Source of the DNA: a virus
Virus record (IMG/VR): IMGVR_UViG_3300025466_000023
Coordinates: 1-64,000 of that record
Reading direction: 5' to 3' (one strand)
DNA: 64,000 nt
In this document: piece by piece, positions 1 to 10,500 of the stretch
How positions within the stretch are numbered: the stretch's first letter is position 1
How the letters are laid out: every line of letters starts with the position of its first letter
Position numbers and translations under genes: made by a program
The notes under the pieces: generated by a model
The model's input: only the letters and a program-made list of their open reading frames with translations
The model's database searches: none
Told to the model about the DNA's origin: nothing

Positions 1-1041
1 TGATGTTAGTTCCCAACCATTACCAGTACCGCCACTACCGCCACCGGCTGTTGTTTGTACTGTGCCATCTGGGAAGTAGATAGCATTGGTAACTGTTAGA
101 GCATGTGCTCCTAGCACACCTTGAATGATTGTATTGTTGTCAATAACAGTTGTTGATGTGCTGTTTTGTGCGATTTCTAAGATAGGCAGTAGTGTTTGGA
201 TTGTAGTAGAATTAACACTGATAGTTCCATCGCCGTTTCGTTGTAGACCAAATCCTAGACTACCACTTAGTGCGGCTGTTGTTTGAACAGTGCCATCTGG
301 GAATGAAATAAAGTTGCTGACTGTTACTGCTGTGGCCGCCACAACACCCATAACTTGTAAATTATTATCAATAGTAGTAATGCCAGGATTACCTGAAATT
401 TCAAATACAGGTAGCAGGCCTTGGATGGTTGCAGAATTTACGCTTAGAGTACCATCTGAATTTAGTACGAGTCCAAAGCCAGGAATAACAACGTTGGTAG
501 CTGTTGCACCTAGTGTTGTAGTACCAATAACTGTGATAGGATATGCTGGCTGTACAAATATACTGCCACCTGGTACGTTTAGGTTTAGAGTAATGTGGTC
601 GCCGTTTGTATATGCGGAACCTACTGTTGCTGTTGTTTGACCATCAGCAAATAGTACTGTCCAACCTGATTGAATTTCTTGATTAAGTGTGTTCAGAGGA
701 ATATTAAGAATATGCCCTAACAACCCACTTTGTTGTCCTAGGTAGTCTGTAGTAATAACAATTTCTGTACTAGAAGTAACAATACCATAGTTAGTTCCTG
801 TACCGCCACTTCCGCCCTGACCTTGACTACCTTGTTGTCCTGCAGGGCCTTGCGGGCCTACTGGGCCTTGCGGACCTGTTGGTCCTACAGCACCCTGTAA
901 TATTGGTTTACCACCCGGAGTTGTACCGTCATGAATATAAAGCAAACCAGTGTTAGTATCTACTGATATTTCACCGGGACGCAGTACAATACCGATATCT
1001 GTTTCTTCTACTAGTTTACCTTGAAATATTCTTGTTGTCAT
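1..1041 (-). CDS. Tail fibre protein with collagen-like stretch (partial, runs off window start)
   Basis: Not in the ORF track; my translation from ATG at 1041 gives MTTRIFQGK...GEISVDTNTGLLYIHDGTTPGG, then G-X-Y repeats (GPTGPQGPVGPQGPAG) and two FPDGTVQTTA motifs also seen in neighbouring fibres. Confidence 0.85.
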   Translation of the reverse strand, partial: MTTRIFQGKLVEETDIGIVLRPGEISVDTNTGLLYIHDGTTPGGKPILQGAVGPTGPQGPVGPQGPAGQQGSQGQGGSGGTGTNYGIVTSSTEIVITTDYLGQQSGLLGHILNIPLNTLNQEIQSGWTVLFADGQTTATVGSAYTNGDHITLNLNVPGGSIFVQPAYPITVIGTTTLGATATNVVIPGFGLVLNSDGTLSVNSATIQGLLPVFEISGNPGITTIDNNLQVMGVVAATAVTVSNFISFPDGTVQTTAALSGSLGFGLQRNGDGTISVNSTTIQTLLPILEIAQNSTSTTVIDNNTIIQGVLGAHALTVTNAIYFPDGTVQTTAGGGSGGTGNGWELTS

Positions 1042-1122
1042 AGTGTTTTTTACCTAAAATTCTGCTCGCGGCTAGCTTAACTAAACAGTATTTATGGTAA
1101 AACTGGGGAATTTAAAGCTAGG

Positions 1123-3756
1123 TTAATATTGAGACCAGTTATTCTTACCAATTATGCTAGTAACATTAGTACCCGTCGGCCCGTTGGTATTAGTTTGTAA
1201 GGTCCAATTGTATCCAAAATCATACGATACATATATTTGTGATACACTCGAACTGTTGACGCCCGACATTAAGAAAACTCCCGAGTTTTGCGTAAAGTGC
1301 TGAACTTGAAAATTAGCAATCGTAGAAATTTTACTATTAATTCCAGTAAGTGTATTAGAATTATTGTCAAACCCTATCATGTACACGTTTGTAGTGTATC
1401 CGCTATACCCAACTAGTAATAATGGAGTATAATATCCTGCTTGTAGACCGACAAACGTTACGCCGTCTGAGGTTATTCTTCCTAGATCTGTCCAGGCAGA
1501 GGGTGTTCCTAATGGCATAGATTGCCCATATCCAGTATCACTTACACTAACCCAATATGCACTATTTTGTGAAATTAATTTGCTGGCATAAATTTGGGTA
1601 ATTAGGGTCCACGCTGTGGGACTCAACTCTGAAAGATATGCACCTGTAGTTCCGGTATTACTGACACCTACCATATAAAAATTGGAACTACATACCGCAT
1701 CTGGGCAATATCCAGATAATTTTGACCAAGTTGTTGGTGGATTAGTTGTGCTAATATAAACAGTTGACGAACTCGGTACTAACGCAACACCTAGAATACC
1801 GTATGTGGAACCATGTAATTTTGTAATACTTCCTACTACCGGACTTGTTATAGTTGCAGTAAACCAAGACAAGCCAGTTCTTATATTTGTAGAGGTGGTC
1901 CAGTGAATATTGTTTGAATTATCTGCAACCATCATATACTGTTCTTCTTGTATCGTAGACCATCCTGTTTTATAGTTTGCTAGACCCGTACCATAATTTG
2001 ACCAAGTATTACCGCTGTCTAACGATCTAACGGTGTTAGTTCCGTTGTAGGCATAGAATACAGTTCCTTGCCATGTAGACAATGTTGTTAATCCTGTTTT
2101 GTTTGCTCGTGCGGCACTAAATGCAGAAACACTAGTAGCAGATGTTGCATTAAATGTAGTAACATCGGTTATAAGAAGACCACTATATGTATAAGGTATT
2201 GTGGAAACAGTAGTCAAAGATGTCCAGGTATTGCTAAGAGTTGAGACAGTATATCCGTAAGGATTATTATTACGATACTTTAAAAAATTACCATAAGCGG
2301 TTGTGCTAACTCCACTACCGTCACTAGGTATTTTTACAATAGCACTATATTGGCTTGCGCGAGCAAATAACGGTGTTACACTATCAGACGGGAGTAATAC
2401 AGGCATAGTTGCAGTAACAGCAAAATTAATATTCATTGCCGCGTATAGATTACCGCTAGAAGAACCCTGTGTTAATGAACACATTGTTGTAAAATAATCT
2501 ACGCCTGCGGTATCCGATGCTCCAGATATATTAGATAAATTTCTTTGCCATACTACGTTTCCAGAAGTGTCAAATTTATAAAAATAGATAGAACTTTCTA
2601 AAGTTTCAGTGGAATCGTAGACATCAAATGACATATACAAATATCCATCAGATCCAAAGATTAAATTGGCACTTGAATTAGAAGGTGTTCCATTTTGCGG
2701 ACTGATTAATTTTGTCCATAACAACACCCCAGCATTAATTTTTAATAATACAAAAGCATAATTGGTATTAAATCCGCTTGCAATAGGACTTACACCAACA
2801 AGTACGTACACATTATTTGTGTTATCAACAGCTAGATTTACTATGGTATTTGGATTTAAAAAAACCATACCTAAGTTCCAATAGGAACTGAATCCAGAAG
2901 ATATCAAATCTATAAGTTGCGTAGATGCAATCGAAGCCGATCCAATAGAAAGTTGATTTAGATATAAAGTTCCGCTATTGTATGTATTTGAATTAAATGC
3001 AGATCCTAACACATAGGCGCTATTAGATGTAGCGTTATAGCACACAGGTCCTGTTACGTGATCCCAAGAAGTTTGTGTGTTAAATCTGAAAAATGTCTTA
3101 AATGTTGATGCAACAGTAGTTGCAGTTGCACTCATAAGTAACATGCCTGCTACTTGTTTAGATGATGTAGGATCTGTTAAATTTACAGATGCATAAAAAT
3201 TATTTGTAGGATTGTAATATGCTAGCCCGCGTGAAAAAGTATCTACAGCTATACCACCTACTTGTACTTGAATACTGGTAAGATTAATTGGAACCGCAGA
3301 AGAAGTTGACATAGAGTAAAAAATGGCATTTCTACTAATTTGACTACTGCCGCCGCTTGCGTTGCTAGTATTAAAAGTGTATAGTCGACTATCGCTAGTA
3401 TTCCAATAAGATGTGACTGGGGTAATGCCAAATTGATACCTAACACTATCTGTTCGAGTTCCATCATAGCTATTTGATTGAATTAAATTTCCTGATGAAT
3501 CAAATACAGAAACTAACCCTTCTGTTCCAGCGGAATAAAAACTTGATAAATTTGTACCATTACTACTTATATTATATATTCGTTCAGCAGAATCCAATAC
3601 TATATTTGGATAACCAATACTAGCACCGGTTACTTGACCTAACGGGGTTTGAAAAAGATTAAAAAAGAAAGTGCTACTTCTAGAATCGCTAATAACGGTT
3701 ATCGATGCTCCTACTCCATGCAAGGATCTAGCTGTAAATTGTCCTAGTCTAGGCAT
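1123..3756 (-). CDS. Virion-associated S/T/N-rich beta-propeller-like protein (putative receptor-binding/tail tip)
   Basis: 877 aa; propeller-like repeats (KFDTSGNVVWQR, KINAGVLLWTK) and Asp-box motifs (SLDSGNTW, SYDFGYNW); lies in the fibre module. Confidence 0.6.
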   Translation of the reverse strand: MPRLGQFTARSLHGVGASITVISDSRSSTFFFNLFQTPLGQVTGASIGYPNIVLDSAERIYNISSNGTNLSSFYSAGTEGLVSVFDSSGNLIQSNSYDGTRTDSVRYQFGITPVTSYWNTSDSRLYTFNTSNASGGSSQISRNAIFYSMSTSSAVPINLTSIQVQVGGIAVDTFSRGLAYYNPTNNFYASVNLTDPTSSKQVAGMLLMSATATTVASTFKTFFRFNTQTSWDHVTGPVCYNATSNSAYVLGSAFNSNTYNSGTLYLNQLSIGSASIASTQLIDLISSGFSSYWNLGMVFLNPNTIVNLAVDNTNNVYVLVGVSPIASGFNTNYAFVLLKINAGVLLWTKLISPQNGTPSNSSANLIFGSDGYLYMSFDVYDSTETLESSIYFYKFDTSGNVVWQRNLSNISGASDTAGVDYFTTMCSLTQGSSSGNLYAAMNINFAVTATMPVLLPSDSVTPLFARASQYSAIVKIPSDGSGVSTTAYGNFLKYRNNNPYGYTVSTLSNTWTSLTTVSTIPYTYSGLLITDVTTFNATSATSVSAFSAARANKTGLTTLSTWQGTVFYAYNGTNTVRSLDSGNTWSNYGTGLANYKTGWSTIQEEQYMMVADNSNNIHWTTSTNIRTGLSWFTATITSPVVGSITKLHGSTYGILGVALVPSSSTVYISTTNPPTTWSKLSGYCPDAVCSSNFYMVGVSNTGTTGAYLSELSPTAWTLITQIYASKLISQNSAYWVSVSDTGYGQSMPLGTPSAWTDLGRITSDGVTFVGLQAGYYTPLLLVGYSGYTTNVYMIGFDNNSNTLTGINSKISTIANFQVQHFTQNSGVFLMSGVNSSSVSQIYVSYDFGYNWTLQTNTNGPTGTNVTSIIGKNNWSQY

Positions 3757-3759
3757 AGA

Positions 3760-4557
3760 TTATCCGTAAGTTGATAAACTACCAATGACGGTAGGAGTAG
3801 TAGTTCCGTTACAAATGAATGTGAAACTTACAATATCGGTCTTATTAATGTTGCCTGTTGGAGGTGTTCCGCCCTGCCATTTGATAGTTTGGCTTACTGT
3901 GTTAATATTAACTGCGCTTGGAATATATGCGGTTGCACCTTGTGTAATAATCAATGATGTAGCAATAACTTGTCCTGTTGTGGTAGGAACGTTTGTATAG
4001 TTAGCAGTGATATTGGCCGCATTACTAGCTAAAGCAAATATGTTGCCTGTTGTAAAATCAAGAGTTACTGCATTAGCACTGATACTAGGACTAGTGTATA
4101 ATTCAACTGAGTTAGTTGCTGTGAACACACCAGTTAATTTTAACCCGGCAAACTGCGGAGTATTGGTTGTATTAATAGACTGGGGTAGACTTAATGTAAC
4201 TGCTCCAGTGCTTGCGCTTGCTGTAATTTGATTGCTTGTACCTGTAATGCTAGCGACTCCCAATACTGCACCTGTGCTTCCGTTAAATGCTGTGACACCT
4301 GCATTGGTTACAATAACGCTACCTGTGCTTTGATTTACTGAGATGCCTGTTCCAGCACTAACAGAAAACACACCAACGTCTGTAATTGTAACAGGACCAG
4401 TTGCCGCACTGACTTTAATAGTAGCCGCACCTGTTATTCCAGTAACACCTGCGTTACTTATAAGACCAGCACCTGTAATAGATAATCCTGATCCTACTTC
4501 AACTCCACCTAGAGAAGTTGATGTAGCTGTTAAAAACGATTGTGGTGAGTATGACAT
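3760..4557 (-). CDS. Short tail-fibre-like protein
   Basis: 265 aa; ATSTSLGGVEVGSGL and GVxSxxAGTGISVxxSTGxVTI repeats shared with the 2611-aa fibre. Confidence 0.75.
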   Translation of the reverse strand: MSYSPQSFLTATSTSLGGVEVGSGLSITGAGLISNAGVTGITGAATIKVSAATGPVTITDVGVFSVSAGTGISVNQSTGSVIVTNAGVTAFNGSTGAVLGVASITGTSNQITASASTGAVTLSLPQSINTTNTPQFAGLKLTGVFTATNSVELYTSPSISANAVTLDFTTGNIFALASNAANITANYTNVPTTTGQVIATSLIITQGATAYIPSAVNINTVSQTIKWQGGTPPTGNINKTDIVSFTFICNGTTTPTVIGSLSTYG

Positions 4558-4570
4558 TCTTATCTATTCC

Positions 4571-7500
4571 TTAAATTATAAACCAGTTAGAACCACTGCA
4601 ATACAATGAGTATGCACCGTAGTTTATTGCTAGAGTCAAACTAGCCTGCCCATCAATAGTTCCCGATGGAGGAGTAATTGTGATTGGGTTAGTAGAGGCC
4701 GCACCGCTTTCATCTTTAATTGTAATCGATCTACCGGCTGTGTTAGTTGGCAATGTAATTGCAGTTGCACCGGTGTGGTTGACTCCGATTATATATGTGC
4801 TGTTAGTAGCAGTAAATGGTGTAGATGTTACGCTTGCATAGCCAACTGTTAATCCTGTAACTCGAGCAGTAGTAGCTGTAGTTGCACCAATAACCATGTT
4901 ATCAATCGTACCTGCTGTGCCTGCGCCAATTGTAACTTGACCACCAGTTAATGAAACTGTACCAGTTGTTGTTAGGCCTAAGAATGTTGGACTACTGTTT
5001 GTACCAATATTCTGTGGAGTAGTTAATGTTACACTTCCTGTATTAGCGTTAACTATTACCTGATTAGCAGTACCTGTGATTGTTTGTACACCAATATTAG
5101 TAATTGTTACAGAACCAGTACTTGCACTTAGATTGATACCTGTGCCTGCTGTTACAGAACTTACAACTAATACTGAGCCAGTTGATCCGTTAACTGCTGT
5201 AACACCAATGTTAGGTACGCTAACAGTTACTGAACCAGTAGTTGCAGATACCGCAACGTTAGTGCCTGCGTTAACAGAGTTAACACCTAGTATGCTTCCT
5301 GTAGCACCATTGAATGCTGTAACACCAGTATTGGTAATTGTTACAGATCCTGTTGAAGCACTTACAGATATACCTGTTCCTGCTGTTGCAGATCCAACAC
5401 CAAATACGTTGCCGGAACTGCCGTTAAATGTCAGTACACCTGCGTTGGTTACTGTTACACTTCCTGTATTAGCATTGACTGTAATACCAGTGCCTGGTTG
5501 GATTGCTGTTACACCTACGTCTGTAATTGTAATAGATCCGGTGCTTGCTGAAACTTTAATAGTTGGAGCACCTGTTAAAGCTGTTACACCTAAGTTATTG
5601 ATAGTAAAGCTACTTGCAGGGCCTGTAGTTGTTACAGAGCTAATATTAATTGCTGTACCAGCAGTTGGAGTCACACTTGTAATAACTCGGTTGCCGTTAT
5701 CATTAATTGTAGGAGCCGCAACTGTACCTGTTGATGTTACGTTACCAACAACAAAGTTGCTGAATGTATTATGGCTAACAGTAACAGAACCAGTTGACTG
5801 ACTTACGTTAATGTTTGTGCTACCAGTTAAACTAGTTACACCCAAATTGTTGATTGTAAACGATGCACTTGGACCAGAACTTGTTAAGTTGCTGATGTTA
5901 ATTGCACCACCAGCTGTTGGAGTTACACTTGTAATAACTCTGTTACCGTTGTCTGTTACGTTGCCTGTTGATGTTACGCTACCAAATGTTACTGCGCTAG
6001 TTGTTTCAACTGCTTGGCCAACATAGATAACAACGTTACCTGTTGACGCTGTAATGTGTGTGCCAGTACCTGCTGAAATGCTTGCAACACCGCCACCGCC
6101 TGCTGGAATACTGATTGTACCGTCTGCGGATACATAGATGCCTGCACCAATCTTAACAGCACCTGCGGCCGCGTTAGTAGCTGTATGCACACTAATAGTT
6201 CCATCGCCGGCGCCGTAAACGTTGTTACCTAGTTTAACGTAGCCTAATGCTAGGTTAGTAGCTGTAACTGTTGCGCTTATTGCCGCACCTATTTGTACAG
6301 ATAAATCTGGGAATGTTATTGCTTTAGCACCAAACGCCCACGGATTAACTTGTGTAGACTGTGCTTGAAGGGTAACATTAGAAGTTCCCATTAATAGTAC
6401 GCTACTGCCGTTACCACCTGTTAGTTGTATTTCGCCTGGGGATATTTGTAGACCATCTCCTACAGCGTCTAACAAACTCAATGAGCCTGTGGCATTTAAT
6501 AAGTTAATAGATATGCCATCGCCTGCGGAAGAACCACTATCTAATGTCAAGTTAGTTCCGTTGCTAGCTTCTAGAGTTGAACCTGCAATAGTCAGTTGTC
6601 CTGCTACTGATATTGAGCTGTTGGCAGTTAAATTATTAACAGTCAACCCGTTCGTAACTGTTGCTGTACTGAATGTAACTGTTGCTGTTGTATAGATAGG
6701 TTGTGGTAGATATACAGAACCATCTCCGCTAGCTAATAGATAACTACCTACTTTAATAACACCCAACGATGTATTTGTTGCTGTAGCAATCGCACTAGCG
6801 TTTGTACTTAATGTACCATCTACTGCAACACTTAGACCTGTTCCAATTTTAACTCCACCCATTACTGAAGTTGTAGCTGGACTTAGATAGATGGCTTTAG
6901 TTGTAGCACCTGTTGAAACAATAACAGTACCAGTACCTTGAGAAATATTTGTTAGTACACGATTATTGTTATCATATACTTGCGTAGCATATAGGTTTGC
7001 CCACTGTAGTGCACCAGTACCTAAACCAAAATACCCATTGACTGTTGGATTGATACTAGCGGAGCTCTTCCATCCTGCTGGAGTAGGACTACCCGAGTTT
7101 CCATCAAATGTAAAGCTAGCATATACTTGGCTAGTTGGACCGATATAGATACCAGAATTAACTGCTATTGCGGCATTGATGCTTGCTGTTGACAAGTATA
7201 AACCTACATCGCCTGTTTGGATGTTTGTTGAGTTAACAAATGTTTGATTACCGTCGACGATCAAATCGCCCGCAATATATGTTGAACCGCCTACCCATAG
7301 TGCGCCACCTATGCCAACACCGCCTGCTACTTGTAAAGCACCTGAGCTAGTTGAACTAGCGGCTGTAGTAGCTGTTACTGCCATAGCGGGTGATGTTAGT
7401 ACACCTGTGCCAGGATTGAATGTATGTCCAGGATATACCCAATTTGTTTGATAACTGCTGTTACCTAAAACAAATGAACTATAGAAATTTGTATTTGATG

Positions 7501-10500
7501 TAGCAACTGATGTTAATAGTTGGCTAGCATTTTGTACTGATGTTGCACCGATAGTGTTAACAACATCTAACGCTGTAACTGCTGAGTTACCAACTACGCG
7601 ACCCTTAGTATCTAACGCTATCTTAACAAAATTATTGCCACTACCTTGTGTAACAGTAGCCAATGTGGCATTAAGGATAACACCTGCCGTACCGTTAAAT
7701 CCAACTGTTGGACTACTTACGTCTCCACTTAGGCTAAAGTTTTGTGTAGCTGTTAAGACTGTAGCTGTGTATGCGGCTGGAACTGTACCAGTCACAACTG
7801 CTCCTGGCAATGTTGTGCTTGCTGTTACTGCGCCACTACCGTTACCGTATAGATAACCTGTATATCCTGTTGCAGTAAATTGACCAACTATTGTAGGAGT
7901 GTTAACTGTAGGACTTGTTGCCAATACACTAGGACCAGTACCTGTCGCTGTATTAGCAGTTACACTGAGAACGCGACCAAATTGATCTGTTGTTAGGCTA
8001 CTTGCATAAGCATAAGTTCCTGCTGTACCTGTAGTGCCTAGATTGACTGTTACTGATCCTGTTGACTGACTAACAACAATATTATTTGTTGTTCCAGCTA
8101 ATGTGTTAACACCCAAGTTGTTAATTGTAAATGTTACTGTACTACCTGTCTTAGTTAGGTTGCTGATATTAATGCCACTGCTACCACTTGGTACAACATT
8201 AACTAGAACACGTTGATTATTATCAGTTACGTTACCGCTAAATTGTCCTTGTACTGCTTGAACATTGTTTGTTACTATTAGGCTTCCACCAACTGTTGCA
8301 GATCCACCTATGTTTGCAGATCCACCTATACCAACTCCGCCAGTTACTTGTAAAGCACCGGTGTTAGTACTTGTGCTAGCAGTAGCACTTAGCATATTAA
8401 CAACACCAGTTGAACTAATTGTTAATTGTGGATTACCATTTAGGTTGTAGTTAACTGCGCTAGAATATATGTTAAGCGGCGCATACGCACTATTTGCGGC
8501 ATTTGAAATAGATAGCTTAATACCTTGTCCTGCTGTAGGATTTGTTCCTATTAGTATTTGATCGCCTGTTGTAAACCCTTTAACAACTAATGTATTAGCA
8601 ACACTATTTGGTCCAGTAATGATTTCTGTACCAGCAATAGTTGTATTGTTATTGATCTGTAGTGTGCCACCAACGTATGTATTACCAGTAGACCCTTGTA
8701 CTGTGAATTGATTTGTATTGATTGCAAAGTCACTGCCTAACTGTAATGTTCCTGCGATAACTGTGTTACCTGTTGAAGAACTTACTGTAAATTTATTGCC
8801 TGCTAGTTGTAAACTACCAGCCATTTGTACGCCAGCACCAAATATGATACCGTTAGAAACATATAGGCTTCCACCAATGTTTACATTTTGTCCAATACCA
8901 ACACCGCCAGCTACAACCAATGAACCTGTTTGTGTATTAGAACTGTTTGTTGGATTGTTAAATGCTACTTGTCCTTGTACAGTCTGTCCGCTGTTCAATG
9001 TAACAGCGCCTACAACGTATAAAGAATTACTTAATGAGCTTGCTCCAGTTACAGATAGTGTACCTGCGATACCTGTGTTACCATTCAATGCTGTAACTGT
9101 AAATAACCCTGAATTAACATTAAAATCACTGGCAACTGCTAGAGTTGAATTTAATGTAACAGCTTGCGATACTCCTAAAGAACCATATACGGTAGCTGTA
9201 CCTTGTAATATTAAGTTACCATTTACATTGGCATTACCATTAGTAGCAATGCTACCATCTACACTAGATACTGTGAATTGATTTGTGTTAACAGAGAAAT
9301 TACCTGCTACGTTGGCTAGTGAATTTAAGTATGCGGCACCTTGTACTGTTAGACCGCTGTTAAACAACACAGAGTTAGTTACTGTTAATGTACCTTGTAC
9401 TACTGTATTTCCATTTGCGCTGTTGACTGTAAACACATTAGCGCCTACGTCTAAATTGCCAGTTACATTCAATGTTGATGAAAGCTGTGTAGCACCAGTT
9501 ACGTTTAATGTGCTTAATAGTCCTGTTGCACCAGTTACGTTCAATGTTCCGGCAACACCTGTGTTACCTGTAGAACCTTGTACATTAAATTTGTTAACGT
9601 TAACGTTGAAATCACTAGCTAGAGCAAATGTTCCACTTGAAACAATATTACCTGCGATACTTGTATTACCAGAACTAGCTACAACTAAGAACTTATTGTT
9701 ACCTATGTCAAAAGTACCACCAACGTTTAAGTTGTTACTTAGGTTGACTGCACCAGTTACTCCCAATGTTCCAGCAATTAAAGCATTACCTGTTGCACTG
9801 GCTACTGTGAATTTGTTTGTGTTTACGCTGAAATCATTAGCAACACTCAACGTGTTTTGTAGGTTGACTGCACCGGAAATTAATCCTGTACCATTAACCT
9901 GTAATGTTCCAAAAATCTGTGTATTACCTGTTGCACTATCTACAACAAAAGTATTGCTTGGCGTTATTCCGCCTGTGTTAACAGTGAAGAATTTTGTATT
10001 AGGACTTGCGCTACCTGCAACAGTTAATCCATTGTCAAATGTAGCACTACCAATAGTGATGTCGCCTCCTTGTAGATTTAGGCTACCACCAACCCATAAG
10101 TCACCGCTAATGGCCGCACCACCTGCAATTTGCAAGTCGCCTGTGCCATTGTTGTATCCTGTTGCATTTTGTCCGCCAGCTAGGATCAAGCTACCAAAAG
10201 TAGCTCCACCCCAAACACCGCCTGAAGTAAAATCACTGTTTGCAGATGGTCCAACTCCTGGATCAATATTATCACGTAATTGTAGTCTACCACTAACTGC
10301 ATCACGTCCTAGGAACATGCGTGTAGCCTGTGTTCTAAAATAATGAAGAACGAGACCTTTGTCTAAGCCATCGTTAGCAGTTAGCATTGTTCCGTTAGGA
10401 CCGCCACCAATATCAATAACTGCGTCCTGTACCGCTGTGCTTGTTGAGTTTACTATTGTGCTAGCACCTAATACTGTTAAGTTTCCGCTAATAGTTGCAC